Source of the DNA: Alphaproteobacteria bacterium | Lineage (GTDB): Bacteria > Pseudomonadota > Alphaproteobacteria > CAAHEQ01 > UBA3637 | Assembly: GCA_017412085.1 (NCBI GenBank) | Contig: JAFPYS010000019.1 | Location: forward strand, 17,869-81,868 | Direction of reading: 5' to 3' | Length of the DNA stretch: 64,000 bases | Shown here: piece by piece, positions 28,396 to 40,488 of the stretch | Position numbering within the stretch: position 1 is the first letter of the stretch | Layout of the letters: each line of letters begins with the position of its first letter | Notes under the pieces: model-generated | What the model was told of the DNA's origin: nothing | Databases searched by the model: none | Seen by the model: only the letters and a program-made list of their open reading frames with translations | Translations under genes and position numbers: made by a program

Positions 28396-28682
28396 GCTAT
28401 TGCCTTTCTTGGTAGATAGTTTAAGAGAATTAATCTGGTCAAAATAAAGCCGCAGAGAATAGATAAAAATTGCACAAGATTATGTTGCGCACATAAAAAG
28501 AGCAGGACAACGGCAAGCGATATACGTATAATGGCCGTTATTAACAAAAAGGGAACCTTGTGTTTAATTTTGGGCAATGCTTTTAGGGATAACCATAATA
28601 AAGTTAGATACACCAAGCAGATGAGTGATCCCATCGCGAGACCAAGAAAAAATTGGCTCAAAGAAAATGAAAAAGACATCAT
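28392..28682 (-). CDS. atpR: N-ATPase AtpR subunit
   Basis: 96 aa, three predicted TM helices; located between the AtpI/Q-like gene and atpB as in N-ATPase operons. Confidence 0.8.
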   Translation of the reverse strand: MMSFSFSLSQFFLGLAMGSLICLVYLTLLWLSLKALPKIKHKVPFLLITAIIRISLAVVLLFLCAQHNLVQFLSILCGFILTRLILLNYLPRKAIA

Positions 28683-28994
28683 TTTTTTGCCCCCTTTTTC
28701 TTAACAGATTTTTTTTCTTTTTTAAGGCCAACCGATCTGAAAAACCAAGCATTTGCATTATAAAAACCAATACAAATGCCGATTAAAACAAAATTCAAAA
28801 CCCACGAGATATGAGCGACAGGATAATATTTATCCAAAAAAGCACCAGCCAAAATACCAATAAGCACGGGAATGGCAACTTGAAAACCGTAAATTGTTAA
28901 AACCGCAGCGTGATAGGCGTGTTTGCGTTGGGATCGATTGCGCAAATTATTTGCTTTTTTAATTAATATGTTTGCCTGCTGTTCAAAATATTGA

Positions 28995-29008
<14 letters not shown>
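28679..29008 (-). CDS. atpQ: N-ATPase AtpI/AtpQ-like subunit
   Basis: 109 aa, two TM; FQVAIPVLIGILAGAFLDKYYP...FVLIGICIGFYNANAWF, AtpI-like glycine-rich TM hairpin. Confidence 0.82.
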
Positions 29009-30833
<1,825 letters not shown>

Positions 30834-30880
30834 GCGAAAATTCAAAATTGGGAAAAATAAATTTTCAAGGCGCTGAGGTA

Positions 30881-32122
30881 TTATTTCAAGACGATTTTTA
30901 AGAAGTTCTTTTTACCTTTTTGAAGCAAGAATTCTGTCTTGTCAGCGGGTATTTTTGCCATACCGTCAGTTACTTTTTCTCCATCCAAACTTAAACCTTG
31001 TTGTTCAATCAAGCGGCGGGCTTCCCCTTTTGAAGCAAGGAAACCTGTTGCGACAATGAAATCAAGGATGGACACATCTTTAACGGATTCTTTTTCAACT
31101 TGTTTTGTTGGTACATCAACCGAGGCAGCTCCGTTTGAGAAAAGAGATGCGGATGCGGCGACGGCTTTGTCGGCTTCTTCGGCCCCATGGACAAGCTTTG
31201 TTACCTCATATGCCATGCGTTTTTTTGCTTCACGGATATCATTTTGACACATAGAGACAATTTCGGCCGTTGGAATGTCTGTAAAGACTTTTAATAACAT
31301 TTCTGTGTCGGCATCATCAGTATTATAAAAATATTGGTAGAAATGGTATGGTGTTGTTTTGTCGCGCGCAACCCATAATGTACCACTTTCCGTTTTGCCC
31401 ATCTTTTTGCCTTCTTTTGTCATTAAAAGAGGGCTTGTGATGGCAAAGGTATCTGGACATTCTGCCGTTGTTTTTCCTTCTGCCAAATTCATCTTGCGGC
31501 TTAATTCAACGCCTGCCACAATATTACCCCATTGGTCGGAACCGCCAATTTGGACGGCACATCCATAGGTTCTGTTTAAATGAACGAAATCGTATGCTTG
31601 GATGGGCATGTAACCCATTTCAAGGAAGGTCAATCCTCCATTTTCCAATCTAGAAGAATAGGCTTCAGAGGCCAACATTTTGTTGACATTCATGTGAACG
31701 CAGGCAGTGCGTAAAAAGTCAACATAACTGAATTTGTCCATCCATTCGGCATTGCTGACGATACGTGCGGGATTTTCGCCATCTGTGCGAATAAATTGTT
31801 TTGCCAACCGAATAACCTCATCGACATTATGCTGTACTTGATCTTTAGAAAGCATCTTTCTCATATCAGATTTGCCTGTCGGATCGCCAACCAAGGCGGT
31901 CGCTCCCCCGATCAACAAAATGCCGTGATGACCTTGTTTTTGTAACAAACTAAACATACGCAAGGCGAAAAAATGCCCAATATGCAGGCTGTCTGCCGTT
32001 GGATCAATACCAAGATAGAATGTGAAAGGTTTATCGCCATTTAATAAATCAATAATTTCCTTTTCATGAGTCATCTGATAAACGAGACCACGTTCTTTCA
32101 GGTATTCAAAAAAATTCTGCAT
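30881..32122 (-). CDS. tyrS: Tyrosine--tRNA ligase
   Basis: YLGIDPTADSLHIGHFFALRM (HIGH), LLMTKEGKKMGKTESG (KMSKS-like), C-terminal S4 domain. Start at MQNFFEYLKERG. Confidence 0.97.
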   Translation of the reverse strand: MQNFFEYLKERGLVYQMTHEKEIIDLLNGDKPFTFYLGIDPTADSLHIGHFFALRMFSLLQKQGHHGILLIGGATALVGDPTGKSDMRKMLSKDQVQHNVDEVIRLAKQFIRTDGENPARIVSNAEWMDKFSYVDFLRTACVHMNVNKMLASEAYSSRLENGGLTFLEMGYMPIQAYDFVHLNRTYGCAVQIGGSDQWGNIVAGVELSRKMNLAEGKTTAECPDTFAITSPLLMTKEGKKMGKTESGTLWVARDKTTPYHFYQYFYNTDDADTEMLLKVFTDIPTAEIVSMCQNDIREAKKRMAYEVTKLVHGAEEADKAVAASASLFSNGAASVDVPTKQVEKESVKDVSILDFIVATGFLASKGEARRLIEQQGLSLDGEKVTDGMAKIPADKTEFLLQKGKKNFLKIVLK

Positions 32123-32160
32123 TATTTTCTCCTTGTTGTATTTTGATAAGGTAGAGTCTA

Positions 32161-34278
32161 TCACACTTTTTGATTTTTTTCAAGAATTTCTTTTACTTTT
32201 GTCAGCAAATCAGCCAACACAAATGGTTTGGCAATAAAATCAAAATTTTTGGCCTTATTAGAGGTGTGTTTTTCATAAGAATCCGAATATCCAGACATCA
32301 ATAAACAAGGTAAATCCGGGCTGAACTTTTTTGCTTCTTTAATCAAGTGTTCGCCATCCATGCTTGGCATAACCATATCGGTGATTAGCAATTGGAATAC
32401 AGATTTGTCTTGAATAAGTTTCAATGCATCTTCGGCGTTGGAAGCTTGGGTTACCTCAAACCCCTTGGCTTGCAAAGCCCGGGCAGTTACAGTGCGAATG
32501 CTTTCTTCGTCATCTACTAATAAAATAGGGGCCTTTGGAGTCGGTAAAAAGACATTTTGGATTTCCGTGGGTTGTGGGGTAACAATTTCGCCTTTTTCAT
32601 CAAAACGCGGCAAATAGACTGTGAATGTCGTTCCTACATTTTCTATACTGTCTACCTTAATAAAACCGCCCACACTATGAATAATTCCGTAAACTGTGGA
32701 CAATCCAAGGCCGGTGCCCGATTGATTGGATTTCTTTTTGGTGGTAAAGAATGGATCAAAAATATGCGGCAATATGTCAGCGGGAATACCTTTTCCTGTG
32801 TCTGTGATGGATATTTTTACATAAGAACCCGTTGATATGGTATCACTGCCACATAATCTGGCTTTTTTAACATCTTCTTTGGCAATAGAAATAGTCAGTT
32901 CGCCCCCCTTGGGCATGGCATCTTTCGCATTGACGGCGAAATTTAAGAAAACCTGTGTTAATTGGTTGATGTCCATTTTGATAAAGCCCAAATGCCGTTT
33001 GTAATCCATTGTCAGGTGACAATGCGGTGCAATGGCTCGTTGCAAGAGTGAAGTAAGGTCTACAAAGGCATCATGTACGGAAATCATATGCTCTTGAACG
33101 GGGGTTTTTCTGGAAAAAGTCAGTAATTGTCCCACCAAACCAGCGGCCTTTTGGACATTTCCTTTGATGTGCATCAAGTCAGCAAAAGCGCTATCACCTG
33201 CGGGGTGTTGTTGCAGCAAAAGATCTGTAAATCCCATAATGGCTGTCAAGATATTGTTGAAATCGTGAGCAATTCCGCCCGTCAGTTGACCCACAGCCTG
33301 CATTTTGTATGTTTGCATTACCTGTGTTTCTAATTGTTTTTTCGGCGTGATATCTATAAAATACAAGTTGGCTTCTGCTTCATCTGGGGAAGCCCAGGTG
33401 GCATATACCTGATAAGAATCGCCTTGGTGGGTGGCCAATTCAATGGACTTTTCTGAATCTAGTCTGTTATGAGATTTTGTCAGTTTGTTTGTTAGTTTTT
33501 GCAAGGTCTCATCCGTAAAAATATCAGATAGCTGTTTGGGATTGTTAGCTTGATTAAACTTATTGGAGAAGGGCCCATTTGTTTGTAAAATAATCTGAGA
33601 ATCCACTGAAATTTTGGCATAAGGAAGTGGAATATTGTCATTTTTGTTATCAAGCTGCGGTGCAATAACTGGGTGTAATGCCCCAAGGAACAGTGGGCTT
33701 GTTTGTGTTTGAATTTGAACTTGTGTTAAAAGAAATGGACACAGCCCCTGAGGAGTGGAAATAGTTGTTTCTGTTTCAAAACGTTGTTCAAAATTTAAGT
33801 TTGATAAATTCAAAAAAGCGGTAATTTTTTGCCCTAAAATTTTTTCATAAGGGTATCCAATCAAGGTGCTGAAATCAGAATTTATATATATAATTTCCCC
33901 TGATATATCAATAAGATAAAATGGGATATTAATGTTTTGAATTATGTTTTGAAACAGGTCCAATTGGGTTTGAGTAACCTGAGAGATATTTAATCTTTGG
34001 GGTTCATCTTGCGCGGTTATGAGCATCGCATCTGACAGGGGGGCTAAATGCACATGCCAACAAGTATCGTTCTGAATAAAATCTAAAGAAAAAGGGGAAT
34101 GTTGTAAAAGAGCATTTTCTAATTTTTTTAAATCTTCGTTTTGCTTTGATCCTTTAAGGAAGAAAAAAGGATTTTCCGCAGAACCGAAAACCAAATCTCC
34201 CTTTTGGTTGGAGGCAGTAATTTTATTGCCATAAGATCTAATTTGCGCTGCAAAGGGCAGAGCATTTAGAAGATCCAT
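32161..34278 (-). CDS. cckA: PAS-domain hybrid sensor histidine kinase/response regulator, CckA-like
   Basis: PAS; GGIAHDFNNILTAIMGFTDLLL; HATPase GTGLGLSTVYGII; C-terminal REC VDDEESIRTVTARALQAKGFEV. RBS AAAGGAT supports the start MDLLNALPF (34278). Confidence 0.8.
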   Translation of the reverse strand: MDLLNALPFAAQIRSYGNKITASNQKGDLVFGSAENPFFFLKGSKQNEDLKKLENALLQHSPFSLDFIQNDTCWHVHLAPLSDAMLITAQDEPQRLNISQVTQTQLDLFQNIIQNINIPFYLIDISGEIIYINSDFSTLIGYPYEKILGQKITAFLNLSNLNFEQRFETETTISTPQGLCPFLLTQVQIQTQTSPLFLGALHPVIAPQLDNKNDNIPLPYAKISVDSQIILQTNGPFSNKFNQANNPKQLSDIFTDETLQKLTNKLTKSHNRLDSEKSIELATHQGDSYQVYATWASPDEAEANLYFIDITPKKQLETQVMQTYKMQAVGQLTGGIAHDFNNILTAIMGFTDLLLQQHPAGDSAFADLMHIKGNVQKAAGLVGQLLTFSRKTPVQEHMISVHDAFVDLTSLLQRAIAPHCHLTMDYKRHLGFIKMDINQLTQVFLNFAVNAKDAMPKGGELTISIAKEDVKKARLCGSDTISTGSYVKISITDTGKGIPADILPHIFDPFFTTKKKSNQSGTGLGLSTVYGIIHSVGGFIKVDSIENVGTTFTVYLPRFDEKGEIVTPQPTEIQNVFLPTPKAPILLVDDEESIRTVTARALQAKGFEVTQASNAEDALKLIQDKSVFQLLITDMVMPSMDGEHLIKEAKKFSPDLPCLLMSGYSDSYEKHTSNKAKNFDFIAKPFVLADLLTKVKEILEKNQKV

Positions 34279-34425
34279 ATATCCTTTTTTTATCTTTTTT
34301 TTGAACATAACGACATCATACAAGAGTTTTAAATGAAAATCCAGTAAAATTTTTGTAATAATTTGTCATAAAAATTGTTTAGACGGATTGCTCAACTTGA
34401 TGTATAATATCGGCATAACAAAAGG

Positions 34426-34851
34426 ATGAGTATGGATAAACAAGCTGAAAGTATTATAAAAGATCTTGCAAATTTATTGCGCGAGACTGGTTTAAACGAA
34501 ATTGATTATGAAAAGGATGGGTTGCGTTTGCGTGTTGCATCGAACAGCGGTGTGACTCCCGTTGTTACGACGCCAGCCGCCGAAGTTGTAACAGAAACCA
34601 AACAATCGGATAAGCCTAAGAATTATGTGAATTCACCAATCGTTGGCGTTGTTTATTTGTCGCCCAATCCAAATGCTCCGACTTTTGTAAAAGAAGGAGA
34701 TACGGTGAAAGCTGGGCAAACACTGTGTATGGTAGAAGCCATGAAAACGTTCAATCCTGTCGTGGCCGAAAAAGCCGGAAAAATTAAAGCGATTTTGGTG
34801 GAATCGGGTGCGCCAGTTGAGTATCAACAGCCTTTGTTTGAAATGGAATAA
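34426..34851 (+). CDS. accB: Acetyl-CoA carboxylase biotin carboxyl carrier protein
   Basis: Biotinylation region CMVEAMKTFNPVVAEKAG; upstream of accC. Confidence 0.95.
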   Translation: MSMDKQAESIIKDLANLLRETGLNEIDYEKDGLRLRVASNSGVTPVVTTPAAEVVTETKQSDKPKNYVNSPIVGVVYLSPNPNAPTFVKEGDTVKAGQTLCMVEAMKTFNPVVAEKAGKIKAILVESGAPVEYQQPLFEME

Positions 34852-34854
34852 AGT

Positions 34855-36201
34855 ATGTTTGAAAAAGTCTTAATTGCCAATCGTGGAGAAGTTGCTTTGC
34901 GTATCCATCGTGCTTGTCGCGAGATGGGGATTAAGACTGTGGCTGTTCATTCTGTGGCCGATGCGAATGCTATGCATGTGAAATTGGCGGATGAGGCCGT
35001 TTGTATTGGTCCGGCCAATGCTAAGGAATCTTATTTAAATAAGGCTAATATTATTTCTGCCGCTTTGATGACTGGCGCAGATGCTATTCATCCTGGATAC
35101 GGCTTTTTATCTGAGAATGCAGATTTTGCCGAAATGGTGGAGGCACATGGTTTGGTTTGGATTGGTCCTAAACCAGATATGATACGAAAAATGGGTGATA
35201 AGGTGGAAGCAAGAAAGTTGGCTAAGGAATGTGGTTTACCCGTGACTCCGGGTTCAGATGAAGAGGTGCAGACGGTTTTGGATGCAATTCAATGGGGTGA
35301 GGCGTTGGGGTATCCTGTCATTATTAAAGCCGCATCTGGTGGCGGCGGCAAAGGTATGCGTGTTGTTAAGCGTGCAGATGATATGGAAATGGCTTTTACT
35401 TTGGCTCAAAATGAGGCACGAGCTGCGTTTGGGGACGAGGGTGTTTATATTGAAAAATATTTCACGAATCCAAGACATATTGAGGTTCAGGTTTTAGCGG
35501 ATAATTATGGACATGTCATCCATTTGGGTGAACGTGATTGTTCTTTGCAACGCAATCATCAAAAGGTGTTGGAAGAAACACCGTCTCCGGCATTAAATAC
35601 AGAAGAACGTGAACGCTTATGTAAGATGGCTGTTGATTTTGTAAAGAAAATTGGTTATTCAAATGTGGGTACTGTTGAGTTTTTGTATGAAAATGGACAG
35701 TTTTATTTTATGGAAATGAACACACGTTTGCAAGTGGAACACCCCATTACAGAAGCGGTGACAGGTTTGGATGTTGTGCGTGAACAAATTCGTATGGCAG
35801 CTGGCCAGACATTGGATATCAATCAAGAGGACATCCAATTTCATGGCGTTGCCATTGAGTGCAGAATTAATGCGGAAGATCCAGACACCTTCACACCTTG
35901 TCCGGGCAAAATCGGCCAATGGCATGTGCCGGGTGGTTTGGCTGTTCGGGTGGATTCTGGTATGTATGCCGGTTGTGATGTGCCGCCGAATTACGACAGT
36001 TTAGTGGCCAAGCTGATTGTGTCGGGGCGGACGCGCAATGGTGCGTTAATGCGCCTACGTCGTGCTTTGGATGAGTTTGTGATAGAGGGTATTTCGACAA
36101 CAATTCCTTTGCATCAAGCCATAGCGCAACATCCAGAATTTATTGATGGACAATACGATATTCATTGGTTGGAAGAATTTATAAAAAGCAGAAAGGCATA
36201 A
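34855..36201 (+). CDS. accC: Acetyl-CoA carboxylase biotin carboxylase subunit
   Basis: FEKVLIANRGEVALRIHRACREMGI, KAASGGGGKGMRVV, MEMNTRLQVEHPITEAVTGLDVV. Confidence 0.98.
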   Translation: MFEKVLIANRGEVALRIHRACREMGIKTVAVHSVADANAMHVKLADEAVCIGPANAKESYLNKANIISAALMTGADAIHPGYGFLSENADFAEMVEAHGLVWIGPKPDMIRKMGDKVEARKLAKECGLPVTPGSDEEVQTVLDAIQWGEALGYPVIIKAASGGGGKGMRVVKRADDMEMAFTLAQNEARAAFGDEGVYIEKYFTNPRHIEVQVLADNYGHVIHLGERDCSLQRNHQKVLEETPSPALNTEERERLCKMAVDFVKKIGYSNVGTVEFLYENGQFYFMEMNTRLQVEHPITEAVTGLDVVREQIRMAAGQTLDINQEDIQFHGVAIECRINAEDPDTFTPCPGKIGQWHVPGGLAVRVDSGMYAGCDVPPNYDSLVAKLIVSGRTRNGALMRLRRALDEFVIEGISTTIPLHQAIAQHPEFIDGQYDIHWLEEFIKSRKA

Positions 36202-36202
36202 T

Positions 36203-36970
36203 ATGAAATTGACCTTTCGTGTGCCGAGTTTGGATCAAATGTTGGAGGCAACATTATGGACGCAAGAAGATGGCATTACGCCATATTGGCGAAATGATTT
36301 ATACAAGGCATATCCTCAAATAGATCAAGAAAAAGCACTTGCATTGCCAGAAAAAGAACGTATGAAGTACGTTGGGGATATACTGACGCAAATTTATAAA
36401 GAAAAAAAAGATGAGCTGAAGACTTTAAGTAAAAGATGGCAAGAGCGTTGGAATAGCCAATTAGAGCAAATTGAACGTGCCTTTTCACAGGCATACGAAA
36501 TTAATGCGAAGTCAATTTTAAATAATATGACAGCGTATGTGAATTTGAATTTTATCTGTCCAAGATATTTAGACAGCCATTCTTGTTATTTGTTTTACAG
36601 GATAGATCCGGATCAGATGGTGCGAATATGTTTGCATGAAGTAATGCATTTCTTTTGGTTTTACAAATGGCAAGAACATTTTCATGATGATTCGAAAGAA
36701 TATGATACGCCACATTTAAAGTGGATATTTTCTGAAATGGTTCAAGAAACAATGATGCAAGACACACCTATCAAGGATCTGGCCGAATGGAAGGGGAATA
36801 CTTACGATTATTTTTACACAATGAATATTGATGGTAAACCGATTTTAAAAACATTGTCAGATATTCATAAGCAAAAGGGGTTGATTGGTCTGTTTAAAGA
36901 CGGATATCAGTATTGCCAAGAACACGAAAACGAGATTCGGGCAATGATTAAAGAAGCCGAAAATATATAA
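36203..36970 (+). CDS. Hypothetical protein, putative zincin-like metallopeptidase (HEVMH motif)
   Basis: 255 aa; RICLHEVMHFFWFYKWQEHFHDD...WIFSEMVQETMM; starts 1 nt after the accC stop codon. Confidence 0.55.
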   Translation: MKLTFRVPSLDQMLEATLWTQEDGITPYWRNDLYKAYPQIDQEKALALPEKERMKYVGDILTQIYKEKKDELKTLSKRWQERWNSQLEQIERAFSQAYEINAKSILNNMTAYVNLNFICPRYLDSHSCYLFYRIDPDQMVRICLHEVMHFFWFYKWQEHFHDDSKEYDTPHLKWIFSEMVQETMMQDTPIKDLAEWKGNTYDYFYTMNIDGKPILKTLSDIHKQKGLIGLFKDGYQYCQEHENEIRAMIKEAENI

Positions 36971-37035
36971 TATCTTCTTGACAAATATTAATTAAATATG
37001 TCAAAATAGTTGTAGTTCAACACGAAGGAGAGAAT

Positions 37036-37506
37036 ATGAAAAAAGGAAAGAGAATGGCGACGCCAGAAGAAGTTGCTTTAGATATGTTTGAAAAGCGCGA
37101 TTTGATTCGGGCAACAAAAAGGAATTATGTTTGTGCTAAGCGTGATGAGATTTACGATAGATTGGTGCAGGCCAAGGCGTCACAGGATGTTAAGGCTGTC
37201 AGAAGATTGCGGGGACAACTTAGAGAATGTGAAAAACGCATGGCCGTCATCGATGTTCAAGAAAGTGAGGATCATTTGTGTGCTACGCAAACTCAATTGG
37301 CAATGCTTGAGAAGGCAATTAAAGAAAGTCGGAATTTGTCTGAGCGGACGTTCTTGATGAAAAGGGCTGAAGAAAAAGAAAATGACGTATTTGATGCAAG
37401 TATCGGCCTTCGTGATTCAAAAGCTCGTTTAGCGCAGTTTAATTCGCCCAAAGCTAAAAAGAAGACAAGAAGAAAGAAAGTTGTTTCTTGTGACGCGACA
37501 AGATAA
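37036..37506 (+). CDS. Hypothetical coiled-coil, Lys/Arg-rich protein
   Basis: 156 aa with RBS GAAGGAG; charged helical sequence; no family recognised. Confidence 0.55.
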   Translation: MKKGKRMATPEEVALDMFEKRDLIRATKRNYVCAKRDEIYDRLVQAKASQDVKAVRRLRGQLRECEKRMAVIDVQESEDHLCATQTQLAMLEKAIKESRNLSERTFLMKRAEEKENDVFDASIGLRDSKARLAQFNSPKAKKKTRRKKVVSCDATR

Positions 37507-37518
37507 TTTGTAAACGAA

Positions 37519-37549
37519 AATCCCCGGCTAAATGCTCGGGGATTTTTTG
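37519..37549 (+). terminator. Rho-independent terminator between the 37036 ORF and pgi
   Basis: AATCCCCG...CGGGGATT stem followed by T-run. Confidence 0.85.
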
Positions 37550-37565
37550 TCTTTAAACGAGGGTT

Positions 37566-39164
<1,599 letters not shown>

Positions 39165-39308
39165 TTAATTCTCCTTTGGCAACTGATTAAAATCTGGGGG
39201 GACAATAATTGATTCTCCATTTACAACCTGAGTTTCATCCAAATCTGGTTTATAGGGAGCACATGACGTTAAAATCAGGCACACAAACAAGCACAGTAAT
39301 ATTCTCAT
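39165..39308 (-). CDS. Small lipoprotein (47 aa)
   Basis: Reverse complement translates MRILLCLFVCLILTSCAPYKPDLDETQVVNGESIIVPPDFNQLPKEN; lipobox LTSC; RBS GGAGG; not in the ORF track. Confidence 0.75.
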   Translation of the reverse strand: MRILLCLFVCLILTSCAPYKPDLDETQVVNGESIIVPPDFNQLPKEN

Positions 39309-39751
39309 TTTTTCCTCCTTAATGTTTGCCACAGTATAATTGCCACGCCAATACAGATAGCAGAATCAGCAATATTGAAAGCGGGCCAATGATAATTCCC
39401 CCAATGAAAATCCAAAAAGTCAACGACAACTCCATAGCGAAGCCTATCCCAGACATTTCCAATTGCACCGCCCAAAACCAACATTAAGGCAAAGCGCGTC
39501 CATGTGTCTTTTTCCTTTCTGAAAGCATATAGAATAAAAGCGCAGATGATGCAAGCGATACCAATCAACACCCAAACGCCATAGGGACTGTCGGCCCGAA
39601 GCATAGAAAAGCTGATGCCGGGGTTAAAAGTAAGATAAAAATTAAAGATGGGTAAGATCGAAACTGGCGTGTATGCATCCAAATATTTTAATGCCGTATA
39701 TTTACTGAGCCAATCTAACGCAAAAACAATAACAGGAACCAGGTATAACAT
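39305..39751 (-). CDS. lspA: Lipoprotein signal peptidase II
   Basis: ALDWLSKYTALKYL, GGAIGNVWDRLRYGVVVDFLDFH, FNIADSAICIGV. Confidence 0.96.
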   Translation of the reverse strand: MLYLVPVIVFALDWLSKYTALKYLDAYTPVSILPIFNFYLTFNPGISFSMLRADSPYGVWVLIGIACIICAFILYAFRKEKDTWTRFALMLVLGGAIGNVWDRLRYGVVVDFLDFHWGNYHWPAFNIADSAICIGVAIILWQTLRRKK

Positions 39752-40488
39752 TAATAATCCAGCTTAACGCCCCTCCAATTTGTGTGATTTGTGTTGGGAA
39801 CAACTTTTACAACCGCCGATTTTGGATTTTGCATGCGTCCAACAAAGCGTTCAACCAGACGGCGAGGTGTGACATCATCATCTTTGCCAACATAGTGAAC
39901 TTGAGGAATATTTGCTAAAATGTTTAATTTGTCCGCAGGATCATCGATATCTTCTGGATCGCCCCCCTCTATATCATGTTGAGTGTTATACGCCGCGACA
40001 TCTGTAATTCCGGCCACAGTTATCACTCGACTTGTGGGGAATTGTGGCGCCATATTCAAAGCAATAACCGCGCCCCCATCATAACCAATCAATTCAACAG
40101 ATGGAGCTTGGTGCTTGCGAATAAGATAATCCGTTAATTCTTTCATCTCTGCCATGATTTCTGGATGAAAACGGGCTTCTTGATAGATTTGCTTCTTTTG
40201 TTCACAGATCTTATCATTTGTCCATTGGCAAGGACGGGCGACATAAATAACATTTGGTGTTTTGTCTGCTTCCGCCAGATCAAAAGCGACCGTGTGGTAT
40301 GGATTGGGATTGCCATCGCCTTCATAATAAATACGTAAAGGCTTCCCCTTTTGAATGGAAGATTTTTCCCAAACAGCAATAGAAAAATACCCGGTTTCAA
40401 TTTGTTTCTCTTGAAATTTATTAGAATGCGGAGCTATTGCACAGCCACAAAGTAACAGGGCAGTTACAAAAATGGAAAGCTTTGTCAT
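39751..40488 (-). CDS. Putative lipoprotein with alpha/beta-hydrolase fold
   Basis: Lipobox LLLCGC; IYYEGDGNPNP...VELIGYDGGAVIALNMA...VHYVGKDDDVTPRRLVERFV. Start at MTKLSIFV. Confidence 0.6.
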   Translation of the reverse strand: MTKLSIFVTALLLCGCAIAPHSNKFQEKQIETGYFSIAVWEKSSIQKGKPLRIYYEGDGNPNPYHTVAFDLAEADKTPNVIYVARPCQWTNDKICEQKKQIYQEARFHPEIMAEMKELTDYLIRKHQAPSVELIGYDGGAVIALNMAPQFPTSRVITVAGITDVAAYNTQHDIEGGDPEDIDDPADKLNILANIPQVHYVGKDDDVTPRRLVERFVGRMQNPKSAVVKVVPNTNHTNWRGVKLDY

